This document shows positions 26,588-38,891 of a stretch of DNA of 64,000 nt, one piece after another. The notes beneath the pieces were generated by a model. The model saw nothing but the letters and a program-made list of their open reading frames with translations, was not told the origin of the DNA and did not search any database. The translations under genes were made by a program, and so were the position numbers. The DNA comes from the human T2T-CHM13v2.0 reference genome, Homo sapiens. The stretch lies in NCBI RefSeq assembly GCF_009914755.1, contig NC_060947.1; one strand, written 5' to 3'. Position 1 is the first letter of the stretch. Each line of letters begins with the position of its first letter.

Positions 26588-27026
26588 TGTTACACACGTC
26601 CATGTGAACAGACCACCAAACAGGCTTTGTGTGAGCAGTGAGGCTGTTTATTCACTTTGGTGCAAGTGGGCTGAGTCCGAGAAAGGAGTCAGCAAAGGAA
26701 GATAGGAGAGGGGCAGTCTTAAAGGACTTGGGTAGGCAGTGGAAAATTACAGTTAAAGGTGTTTATCTATTGTTAGCAGGGGAGGGGGTCACAAGGTGCT
26801 CAGTGGGGAGCTCCTGAGACTCATTGTCCAGGGGAGGAATGTCACAAGGTCAATTGATTAGTTAAGGTGGGGCAGGAACAAATCACAATGGTGGAATGTC
26901 ATCAGTTAAGGCAGGAACTGACTGTTTCACTTGTTTTGTGGTTCTTCAGTTGCTCCAGGCCATCTGGATGTATATGTGCAGGTCACAGGGGTTATGATGG
27001 CTTAGCTTGGGCTCAGAGGCCTGACA
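26588..27026 (-). mobile_element. HERV-H 5' LTR (LTR7 family)
   Basis: Direct repeat of 20106-20544, adjacent to the PBS. Confidence 0.95.
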
Positions 27027-27990
27027 ATATAGATGAGACTTAAGGTATGCTTCATCCTTAGGTAAATTTCTCTCCAGGTATGAGCCTGTGAAATCAAGCA
27101 AATTATGTACTTCCAATATACAATGGTAGGACTGGCATAGGATAAACATTCCCATCCCAAAAGGGAGAAATAGGAGCGAAGAAAGGAGTAATAGGCCACA
27201 AGCAAGTCCAAAACCCAACAGGGAAAACAACCATAAATCTTAAGGCTTGAAAATAATATTCTTTGACTCCATGTCCCACTTTCCGGACACACTGATGTGG
27301 GGGTGCAGTCTCCAAGGTTCTGAGCAGCCCTGTTCCCATGACTTTGCTGGGAACAGAGCATGTTTCAGCTCTCATGTATTGAAGTTGCATGCCTGTGGTT
27401 TTCCTAAGCCGGAGTTGCACTCTGGTGGCTCTACAGTTCTGAGATCTCAGGGGTGACCCCACTTCCACAGCTCCATTAGGCTTTGCCTTAGTGGGGGCTC
27501 TCTATGGTGGTTCCATGTGTTTGGCTGGTCCCTGCCTGAGCCCCAAGGCTGTTTGAGACATTCTATGGAATCTAGGTGGAGGACGTCATGCCTCCACAAC
27601 TCTTATGCTGTGTGTGCCTGCAGAGTCACTTCCATGTCAACACTGTCAAGGCTCATTACTTGTCCCCTCTAGAGTGATGGCCTGAGTCATACATGGACAT
27701 GCTTCAGCCACAGCTGGGGTGGCTTAGGTGCACCACACTGGAATTTGGGGAGCAGAGACCTGAGGCACCTCTGGACAGTGAGCCCTGAGGTTCCACAGGA
27801 GCCCGGGGCCCCTTGCTTTAAACCATTCTGCCCTCAATTGAGGCCCTGGTCCTCTGGGCCTGTGATTGGAGGGGCAGCTTTGAAAATCTCTGAAATGCCT
27901 TTGTGGTCATTCTCCCATTGTCATGATGAATAGTACCTGGATTCCTTCTATCCATACTAATCTCCTTATCAGTGGTTGCTTGGCCACACC
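27027..27990 (-). mobile_element. Continuation of the MST internal region
   Basis: MaLR-int motifs resume right after the provirus (AATATACAATGG..ATAGGATAAACATTCCCATCCCAAAAGGGAGAAAT, CTTTGACTCCATGTCCCAC). Confidence 0.75.
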
Positions 27991-29861
27991 CTAGAGTATG
28001 TAGCAGAAAGTCAACACCTCATTGTAACACTATATCTATGGCACCGCACACGGGGGACCTAAGAAGGAGTAGGCTAGAGCACGTGACCTGAAAGACTATC
28101 CAGACCAGAGCTGTGTTCTTCAGACTTTTGCAAGACCTAGGGTTACATGGAGGTAACACAGTGCCACAGTTGTTTGACTCAAATTGTATATACATGCTGC
28201 TGTTTACCAGTATCTCAGGAAGCAGAATTTCAGTGACATCCAGTGTAAAAAGGAAGGGCAAAGGGTAGATAAATAAGGGTTTTGTAAACCAAATTCCTGT
28301 GTGGGATGACAGCTAATGCTGTATCAGGGATGAAAGCTGTAGACCTAGCTAGAGGCACTGTGTGCCAGCATTAATACAGGTACAAAGAGAAAAGGAACTT
28401 TTGAATGACCTGTACCCAATAATTGATTGGAGTTATTGCTGAGGTGACAGAAGATGGTTACTTTCAACTTTGTGTGCTTCTGTGGGGTTTGAACATGTTT
28501 TTAACAATCCTGAATTACTCTGGTAATCAGGAAAATTTTATGAGATCGGGTGTAGGCTGAAGAAGGTTTGGTCCAGGTAAGGACAGGAAGGAGTCTTGTG
28601 GGAGGGAAGTCAATGGGGAAGTAGAGGAAGAGCTTGGCTTGGGTTGTCTTACCTTGACCCTATCTATGGACCTGGCTTGTAGGGGTGTTCCTCTTCTTTC
28701 CTTTCTGGTGTTGAGGGTTGGTTGTCTGGTAACAGTGCAAGTTGCTTTTGGTTTCCCTGTCACCATTGCCATGTCAAACCCTCCCATTGGTCTATACCAG
28801 GCCCCATGGCCTCCTTTTCTATACTCCTCACCTGGACAATGAGTAGCCACACACCCAGGGTCTGTTCTGTCAGCAAAACACACCCTAGGCCTACATTAGT
28901 GCTGGGGAGGGGACTTAGACATCACACAGGACCATCCTGACACGTTTATGGGGTGGGAGGTGGGCCAACCAAGTTGCTGCAGTTTTAGAAGGTGTCATTT
29001 CTTTAACCCCCTTAAAGAACTTTCCCAAGTGGACACGATTTCCCTCCTCATGCCCCCATGTTCAATTCTGGTGTAACACATGCCAGGGACAGGATGTTTC
29101 CTTTAAGCTTTTCTCCACATCCACCCCATTCAATGGTTGACTCTCTTCCCTCCCACACTTCGTAATCACCTAGTGTTTCCGCATCTTATCTACAATCCCT
29201 GGCAGGTCCCATGGATGTATTTATGTCTGTGGAGAAGTGAATCACCCACTTACAGCCTACAAATTTCTCTTATTTGTCTTGAAAAACTCTCTCTTGGACA
29301 CTACCTGGGATCTTTTTCATCCCACCTGCTTTTACCAGGGTCCACATAGCTCTCCTGAATTTCCTGTTTTCCCATCTCCAACCACTGCCTTCTTGTTCTG
29401 TGCCCCCTTGGCATCCTGTCCTTTGTAGAGCACTACCTACATCAGAAGCTGGTAAACTCTTTAGGATGGTACCTAGCACAGTGCCTGTCACATAGTAGGC
29501 ACTCAGTAGAGCTTTGTGAAATAAATGGATAGGATGAAGGATAGCTTGCTTTCAGAGGTCTACAGGAGTGACAGAGCATGGTGGCTTCCGGGGACAGCTG
29601 TGGAGGAGTGCGGTTCCAAATCACAAAGAATTAAGGAGACTATATTCAAGATTTGGGACTTGTGTCCCATAGGCAGTGTAGATGTTTGGAAGGCTTTGAA
29701 GCAGTTGTATGTCAACAAGATTTGCTTTTCTGAAGCCTCAGTGGTTGGGTGGAAAATAGGATTAGTGTGGGAGAAGGTAAATTCTGGGAGGTTCCTTGGG
29801 GCAATTAAAAGAATCTACACTGACTTGTCTGTGTTTCTTCCAGTTCATGAACATGGGATGC

Positions 29862-30868
29862 TGATATGGTTTGGCTGTGTCCCCACCCAAATCTCATCTT
29901 AAATTGTAGCTTCCATTTAAGTGTTGTGTTCCACTTATGTGCTGTGGGAGGAACCTGGTTGGGAGAAAATTGAATCATGGGGTCAGTTTTCCCCATTGTG
30001 TTCTCGTGGTAGTGAATAAGTCTCACGAGATCTGATGGTTTTATAAGGGGAAACCCCTTTCACTTGGATCTTTCATTCTTTCTTGCCTGCCACCGTGTAA
30101 GATGTGCCTTTCACCTTCTGCTGTGATTGTGAGGCCTCCCCACCTACATGGAACTGTGAGTCCATTAAACTTCTTCTTTATAAATTACCCAGTCTCAGGT
30201 ATGTCTGTATTAACAGTGTGAAAATAGATGAAGACAGTAAATTGGTACTGGTAGAGTGGGGTGCTGCTGTAAAGATAACCAAAAATGTGGAAGTGACTTT
30301 GGAACTGGGTAACAGGCAGAGGTTGGAACAGTTTGGAGGGCTCAGAAGAAGACAGGGAAATGTGGGAAAGTTGGGAACTTCCTAGAGACTTGTTGAATGG
30401 CTTTGACCAAAATGCTGATAATGATATGGACAATGAAATCTGGGCTGGGGTGGTCTCAGATGGAGATGAGGAACTTGTTGGGAACTGGAGTAAAGGTAAC
30501 TCTTGCTATATCTTAGCAAAGAGACTGGTGGCATTTTGCCCTACCCAAGAGATTTGTAGAACTTTGGACTTGAGGGAGATGATTTAGGGTATCTGCTGAA
30601 AGAAATTTCTAAGCAGCAAAGCATTCAAGGGGTGACTTGGGTGCTGTTAAAAGCATTCAGTTTTAAAAGGGAAACACAGCATAAAAGTTTGGAAAATTCG
30701 CAGCCTGATGATGCAATAGAAAAGAAAAACACATTTTCTGAGGAGAAGTTCAAGCTGGCTGCAGAAATTTGCATAAGTAACAAGGAGCCATATGTTAATC
30801 CCCAAGACAAGGGGGAATATGTCTCCAGTGCATGTCAGAGGTCTTCATGGAAGCCCCTCCCATCACTG
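29862..30868 (+). mobile_element. THE1-type LTR (29862-30236) plus truncated THE1 internal region
   Basis: TGATATGGTTTGGCTGTGTCCCCACCCAAATCTCATCTT start; internal GTAAATTGGTAC..TGTGGAAGTGACTTTGGAACTGGGTAACAGGCAGAGG. Confidence 0.9.
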
Positions 30869-31217
30869 GAGATAGTGAGGATGATAGGATGTGGATGGCA
30901 GTGCAAAGGAAAATGTTACAGATTACCCTACTGTTTCTAGCTTGGCACTTGGGTTGGAAGGTGCCACCAACAGAGACAGGGACTATGGGAGAAACCACAT
31001 GGTGGAGGGATGAGTTGGTTTTCATCATGTTGGTGTTGAATTGTCATGGGGCTATTCAGGGAGTCTTTGGAACCATGAAACTGGAGCCCTCTTCTATGAT
31101 CTTCTGAATATCAGTTTCTTGGCTATTCTATTTCTCTTTTTCCATGTTGCCACATGCCTCCTGCACCTGTTGTGATTCACAACAGAGGGTCATCTCTCTC
31201 AAGATAGAGAACTACAG

Positions 31218-31291
31218 GCTAGGCACAGTGGCTCATGCCTGTAATCCCAGCACTTTGGGAGGCCAAGGCAGGCGAATCATTTGAGGTCAGG
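31218..31291 (+). mobile_element. Truncated Alu 5' fragment
   Basis: GGCTAGGCACAGTGGCTCATGCCTGTAATCCCAGCACTTTGGGAGGCC...GAGGTCAGG, then ends abruptly. Confidence 0.85.
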
Positions 31292-31629
31292 GGTTAAGTG
31301 GCCCAGGGAGGCAAACTGCAATCTTGAAGAATCTCTCAGTAACTGGTTTCCTGGGCCACATAACCTTTCTAAGTCTCTCTCTCTCTCTCTCTCGATTTGT
31401 AAAACAGGAACAATAATACTTACCTTATATGTAAGTGACATGCGGGCAGGTACTTAAAGTAAAGCAGTATATGAAACCTTCTAAGATATGAGGAAGCAAG
31501 AAATGACACTCGTGGTTAACAATATTCACTAGAGTTGTGTCTGTGTGTGCATGTGTGTGTGTGTGCACATGGTTAAAACGGTAAATCTTGTGTTATGTGT
31601 AGTTCACTACAATTAAAAAAAAAAAGACA

Positions 31630-31928
31630 AGGAAGTCAGTCACAAAGGTTCACATATAACAGGAAGCCATTTCTATGAAACGCCCAGAGAGGTAAATCCA
31701 TAGAGACAGAAAGTGCATTTGTGGTTTCCAGGGGCTGGGAGGAGGAGTAAATGGGGCGTGACTGCTAATGGGAGGAGGAGTCTTTGTGAGGATGATGAAA
31801 TTCTTTTTGGAACTGGGTAGAGATGGTGGTTGCACAACATTGCAAATGTACTTAATGACACTGAGCTGTACACTTTAGAGTGGTTAAAATAGTAAATGTA
31901 ATGTGATGTCTATTTCACCACAGTGAAA
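31630..31928 (+). mobile_element. L1MB-type 3' end
   Basis: AAATCCATAGAGACAGAAAGT..GGTTGCACAACATTG..AATGTACTTAAT..GTACACTTT motifs. Confidence 0.8.
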
Positions 31929-31979
31929 GCAACCCCCACCCCCGCAGTGTGCTGCAGATGTGCACCTGCAGGCAGGTGG

Positions 31980-32412
31980 TGTTTTCGTTCCCCGTTGCTG
32001 CCGTAACAAATTATCACAAACCCGCTGCTTCAAGCAACACAGATCTATCGTCTTACAGTTCTGGAGGTCAGAAGTCTAAAATAGGAAGTTCTAGGGGAAG
32101 AACCCTTTTCCTTGCCTTTCCTGTCACCTTGAGGCTGCCTGAATTCCTTGGCTCTTGACTCCTTCCGTCTTCAAAGCCAGCAACATCCGGTTGAGTCCTT
32201 CTCTGGCGGCATCATTCTGACACTGACTCTTCTTCCTCCCTCTCCCTCACTTAAGGACCCTTGTCCTTCAAGTGTAAAGACCTGGCCAATCCAGGATAAT
32301 CTCCCCACCCATCTCACATCTGCCCAATCGCTATTGTCATGTAAGGTAACATATGTGCAGCTCCCAGGGGTTAGGCCACGAACATCTTTGGGGGCTGTTA
32401 CTGTGCCACCAC
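31980..32412 (-). mobile_element. MLT1 (D/E-like) LTR
   Basis: GCTGCCGTAACAAATTATCACAAA..TCTTACAGTTCTGGAGGTCAGAAGTC..ATCCAGGATAATCTCCCC..CATGTAAGGTAACAT. Confidence 0.8.
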
Positions 32413-32907
32413 AGGCAGTAACGAGCTGAGTCTTGTGCACCCTGCTCAAGGGCTGGGTCCTGCAGATGAGGTGAGGAGATACTTCTGGCATCCTTATGGC
32501 TCCCTGTTTGATTCTGGGGGGGCCCCTAGGCAAAGGCCAGGCTCTGCTAATCTGGGCCAGGAGCTCTCCTCTCTGCTCTCCCTGACTTCTGTGCTCACTG
32601 GCCCTGCAGTGGCAAGGAAAAGGATTCGTCCCTTAGAACTTCCCGTTTTGGACTTCTGACCTCCAGAACTGTAAGGCAGGGCAGGGATATCAGAGAGTTC
32701 AGACCCAGGAGGTGCCCACAAGGGCACTGAGCATGCGAAGACTTCCAGGCAGTCAGCTCTTCATCCCCATCACATTCTTTCTAGCCGAGGGAAATCCTCC
32801 AGATGCAGCGAGTGTGGCAAAGCCTGCCGCCGCCTCTCGGGCTGGACTCCAAGGCAGAGGGCAACCCCTGAGAAGCACGGCCATGCACAAGCTGAGACAG
32901 GGCCAGG

Positions 32908-33408
32908 GTCATGGCTGAATTGTGCCCCCCCCACCTGCACCTCCCCCCCCCCAAAAAAAAAAACACACATGGCCTCATCCTCACCTTCTGATCTTGCAAA
33001 TGTGACCTTATTTGGAAAAGGGGTCTTTGCAGAGATCATGAAGTTGAGCATTTTGAGAGGAGATGATCCTACATTACCCGAGTGGGCCTTAAATCCAATC
33101 ACAAATGTCCTTATAGGAACCAAACAGAGGAGAAACGCAGACATGGAGACCCAGGGGAGAAAGCCACATGAAGAAGGAGGTGGAGATTAGGGCCAGGAGG
33201 CCACAGGCCAAGGGACACCTGGGGCCACTGGAAGCTGGGAGAGACGAGGAAGGATCATCCCCTGGAGCCTTCCCAGGGAGCACGGCCCTGCAGACAGCTT
33301 GGTTTTAGACTTCTGGCCTCCAGAACTGGGACAGAATCAGTTTCTGTGGAGTGATTGGGTCAACTGGTTTGTGGTGCTTTCTTACGGCAGCCGAGGGAAG
33401 CACACAGA
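32908..33408 (+). mobile_element. MLT1C-like LTR
   Basis: AATGTGACCTTATTTGGAAAAGGGGTCTTTGCAGA..GACTTCTGGCCTCCAGAACTG. Confidence 0.8.
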
Positions 33409-34912
33409 GGCAGATGTATTTAGAGGGGTACCCCCTGCTGCAAGCCTCCTGGGGCAGGGGCCATGCCACTCTCCTTCTTGAACTCTGCTGGCCACATTGT
33501 GCTCGCTCAGGAAACGGGTGCTGAGTCTACTGCTGCTTGAGGCAGAGCTTACGGATTTGTAACTGCTTCTGTGTGGTGGCAGCTCCTCCTTGCCCAGCTC
33601 CTCCTTGCCCAGCTCATCCTATATCAATGATGCTGCCGCCACAAAACATCCCCCCAACCCAGCCAAACTCCTCCTGTCTGCCTGCACCTCTTATCTCTGC
33701 TCACCACGGGGCCCCTCCAAGGGGCCGTCTTTGCTTCCATCTCCCGCTGTGGGCTGGCAGACACTGGCACTCCTAAGGCTCTTTTGGCATCCCTAGAGGA
33801 CCCAACAGACACCTCCCCACCAAAGAAGTGCACACCTAGATATGTCTAAATCACACACGTCACTGCTGTAATATGGTACTTACTATCCCATGAAACATCC
33901 ACAAACTAGACACTCAGAAAGTGGTGTTGGAATAAGGGAGGTTCTATGGCCCTTCTTCTCCTGCCCCCCACCCATGCGCCGCCCACCATTCCTTTCCGTG
34001 GACCACTGACCTTCAAGTTTGAACACAGAACGGGCAAGTGGCCTTTGGAGCTGAGGGTGGGACGTGGCCTTTGGAGCTGAGGGTGGGTCATGGCCTGTTG
34101 AGAAGAGCAGGGCCAAGGAAGGATGGAAGCCTGAGAGACACTGGCAGGGGGTGGAGAAAGGCCTCCTCTCTGCCTGGCACCTCATTCATTCACTTATCCA
34201 TTCATTCATTCTCCAGGCCCAGCCCCGCCTGTGGGCCTATGGTGCCACCTCCAGAGCATGGATCCTGCCCTCTGAGCTGTTGTTAATGACTTAGATTTAT
34301 CTTCCGCTCGGGAGCTCTCTTCCTCTGGTGTAAGCATTATTCTTTTAGTATTTTTTCAGTGCCTGGCACTGTGCTAGGCACTAGGGATCCACATTACGGC
34401 TAAAGCATCGTCCCTGCCCCTGGGGGAGGCTCTTGAGGGAAACAGGCACTGCACAGGCCATTGCCCTGGAGCACAGAGGTGTGGCACTCAGCTCCTTGTG
34501 GGGTTTAAGAAAAGGGTCCCTGTAGGATGCAGAACTCATTGTCTCCCCTGCACCCCAATAAAAGAAGGAAGGAAAAGGAAGCCGTGCTCTTCTTTCTACA
34601 TTCCATGGCTTCATCATGGACATCCACACAGTGACCCAGCTGGACAAGCCCAAAGCCTGGCCTGCTCCTGGACGGCACCCTCTCCCCATCACATAGCTCC
34701 ACTCAGAAATGCTTCTTGGCCCGCCGCAACTTCCACACCCTGGTCCTGGCCACCAGCTGGTCTCTTTGGGGCCATTTCAGTCCCTTTCCAGTCCCTCCAC
34801 CACCCTGTAGCCAGAATGAGCTTCATAAATAACATGGACCCATGACCGGGTCACTTCCTTGCTGAAAACACCTCCGTGTCAGCCCTCCACTGCCTTTAGG
34901 ATCAAGTCCCTG

Positions 34913-35597
34913 TGTTATACAGGTAGCTAGCCATGAGTGGGGCAGGTGAGGGCTCTTCCCCCTACCCACTGGAAATGTCGGGTGACGGTTCAGCAGTTAT
35001 CGCATCGCCTCTCTAAAAGTAGTGCCGGCGCCAGACAGAGGCCAGTTCCTGACGGTCCGTACCTGTTAACATTAAAGTGTTGATTAAAGGCAGGCCCCAA
35101 GGGAGAAGCAACTTCCTGGGCACGCACATTAAGAGACAAAAATGCTGAAGTATTTTATGATCTCGCGGACACACGCCACTGGAAAAAGGGAAAAAGCCTG
35201 AGGTGGGCATGCGTACAAATCCCACAACACACTGGGCAGGTGCAGTTCTCAAGGGTAAGGAGGACACGGTGCGTGCAGAAAGCCCACCCTAAGGGAAGAA
35301 TCATCGGAAAGATGTGAGCCTATAAAGTCCCAGGGTCAAGGGGAAAGGCCCTTTTTTCTCTTTCTCTTTGACCTTCAGGTGCCCACTTGGATCTCTTCCA
35401 AGGGTTCTTTCCTATTCTAAAACCTTTTTTTAATAAACTTACACTCCTGCTCTGGAACTCACCTCGGTCCCCCTTTCTGCCCTATACCCCTCAGTTGAAT
35501 GCTTTCTTCTGAGGAGGCGAGAATTGCAGTTACTGCAGACGCGTACAGATTCGCCACCAGTAACTCGGGGTAACGAGGATCTCTGCCACCGCTGACA
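34913..35597 (+). mobile_element. Solo ERV1 LTR, MER50-like
   Basis: TGTTA...TGACA termini, CCTATAAA TATA box, AATAAA, 4-bp TSD CCTG (34909-34912, 35598-35601). Confidence 0.8.
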
Positions 35598-35691
35598 CCT
35601 GTTCCTTCATGAGATTTAGAAAGTCTCTTCTGTAACAGAAAGGTACAAAGCCGAGCCAAACCTTGTGAGTGGCAAAGCGATCCATCATCAG

Positions 35692-36118
35692 TGATGTAGT
35701 TTGGATCTGTGTCCCCTCCCAAATCTCCTATTGAATTATCATCTGCGGTATTGGAGGTGGGGCCTGGTGGGAGGTGATTGGATCCTGGGGGTGGATTTTC
35801 CATGAATGGTTTAACACCATCCCCCTGGTGCTGTCCTCGTGATAGTGAGGAGTTCTTGTGAGATCGGGCTGTTTTAAAGTGTGTGGCACCTCACACTCTC
35901 TCTCTTGCTCCCGCTCTGGCCAGGTGACGTGCCTGCTCCCCCTTTGCCTTCTGCCATGATTGCAAGCTTCCTGAGGCCTCCCCAGAAGCAGAGTAGATGC
36001 CAACACCATGCTTCCTGTACAGCCTGCGGAACCGTGAGCCAATTAAACCTCTTTTCTCTATAAATTACCCAGTCGTCTCAGGCATTTCTTTATAGCAATG
36101 TGAGAACAGACTAATACG
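35692..36118 (+). mobile_element. Solo MSTA/MSTB LTR
   Basis: TGATGTAGTTTGGATCTGTGTCCCC...GACTAATACG; 5-bp TSD ATCAG (35687-35691, 36119-36123). Confidence 0.9.
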
Positions 36119-36124
36119 ATCAGC

Positions 36125-36720
36125 AAAGCCAAAGGACAAATGACACACTAGGGAAAACTGTCTCCAACTCCTATCTCAATACGCAAGGAACTCTTACAGA
36201 GAAAAGGATGAAGCACCCAGTGGGAAAAATGGGTAAAGGACGTGAACAGACAGTGAACAAGAAAGGAAATACAAGAGGCTCTTGAACCTATGAAAAGATG
36301 CACATCCCCAGACATGCACATCAAAAGACACTGAGATTATCCCTTTTGGTTTGTTGGTTTGTTTGTTTTTACTGATTCAATGGGCTAAATTCTAAATGTC
36401 AGATCACACAGTGTTGGTGAGCCTGATGGGACATAGATGCCCCCACTGGTTGTTGGCAGGAGTAGACATTGGCACAACTCCCATGGAGGGCAGTTTGGCA
36501 AGATCCATTAAAAATTCAGATGCACAGAACCTTTGATCCCTCCACTGTGTGGGAGGAATATCCAGCCGACAGATGAACCCTCTCATAGATGAAAGAAATA
36601 TGTTTAAGATCTTCTTCAGTGCAGCATAGCTAGTGACAGCATAAGACTGGGAAAGTTCCAAGTGTCCAGCCCGGGGAGAGTAGTTAAATGACCAAAGGGA
36701 GAGTGGTATTATCTCAGGAC
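36125..36720 (+). mobile_element. Old L1M fragment (ORF2 end / 3' UTR)
   Basis: GAAAAATGGG.AAAGGAC.TGAACAGACA, ATGAAAAGATG, TGGAGGGCAGTTTGGCA motifs. Confidence 0.6.
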
Positions 36721-38084
36721 AGGCAAGAGTGATGGGAAATGCAGATGCCACTGTCCAGGAATCAAGTCGCCATGATCCTTCATCTCTGTGTTGTGCCTGC
36801 GGGGTGGCTTTCGTGCCACGACCGCAGAGTTGAGGTGGCAAAGCTGAAAATATTGACCCTCCGGCCCTGCCCAGAAAATGTTTGCCATCCCCCGCCTTCC
36901 AATGACTCTGCTCCTTTTTGTCTGGAAGTGCTTGTCCCTGCCTGGTATTGCCTGCGCACCCCTGTCCTCAGCCTGGGTAACTCCTACTCGTAGTGCCTTT
37001 CTCGCTTAAACGGTTCCCATGGGACGCCTTCCCTGCCCACTCGGTAGGGGCAGGCGCCCTTGCCGTTGCCTCCTGTAGTCCCGTGGCTTCCCCCGTTTGG
37101 GATCTTAGCACACATCCCACTGACTTCCAGCTGCTGCTTTCGGGATCCCCTCTGGGGGGCTGTCATCTTTTGTGGCACACCTTGACCGGGGGTGTTTTGT
37201 AATCCCGGCTCCCAGCCGTCTTATTGGCGTAGCGTGGGTGCTCCCAAAGTGCTTCTTGAATGAATGAATGTGTCTCTGTGCTCACATTACACAGGCTTTC
37301 AGCTAGATAAACACCAGAACTCCATGTTGTGGCCGACTAGAGTAACTCAGTTTACGTTCCTGCTTCATCGTAGACTGGAAAAGAAATAGCAAATGCTCCT
37401 GCTTGTGCACACTCCGATTATTCTTCCCATCTAGCATGAGCCAATCCCTAGGACAAATATGGTTTTGGGCTCCACGTGCGTGTGTATATTTTTACTCAGC
37501 ACCGAGCACCGTGTTGGGGGAAGGGGGACTTATGAACGCTGCAGCCAGTGGGAGAGCAGAGAGGAGTCCCCACAGGCCCACGCAGCAGCGGTGAGCCCCG
37601 CCGGGGAGACGAGACTGGGTGTGCGAGTTGGGGCTGCCAACAGAGCCAGTGTGCTTGTAGGTTCCAAATCCACATGCTGGGGCCGTGAGCCGGGCCAGGT
37701 CAGGTCAGATAGCTCAGCTGAGCATTCTGGGTACGCTAGAAGAAAATACTTTCTTTTCCGTGATTGCCAAGGAATGGATGTGCTCAAGTAACTTCTAGCA
37801 GGTCAGTGACGTGCCTATTTCCGAAGGCCCTCCCGCCTCTCTTGGTTCCTCCCTGTGGTTGCAGGAGGCTGGCTGCGGGCCACAGGTCGAGCTGGCCCTG
37901 GATACCGAGAGCCTCGCCTCTGGGATGGGCCGCGGGCCACAGACATTGGCGCCTGGTGACTCTCTCTGGTGGCCAGCGTCTTCAGGTTCTCGAATCCCGG
38001 TGGTGGAAGTCCCTCGTTCTGGCTGTGACATGGAGTGTCAGTGTGCCGAAACTAAGATGCTTGGCCAGCTTTTCTTTTCCTTTC

Positions 38085-38891
<807 letters not shown>

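Larger units (their letters stand above)
20106..27026 (-). mobile_element. HERV-H provirus with two LTR7-family LTRs (~6.9 kb)
   Basis: Two 439-bp LTRs (TGTCAGGCCTCTGAGCCCAAGC...TAACA on minus), PBS, gag-pro-pol-env remnants, PPT, and a near-perfect 5-bp TSD ATTTA/ATATA. Confidence 0.95.

Noticed and set aside
37795-37975. Another possible KRAB-A-like patch (RSVT...RLVTL)
   Set aside because: Needs several indels to align; too weak to separate from chance pattern matching.
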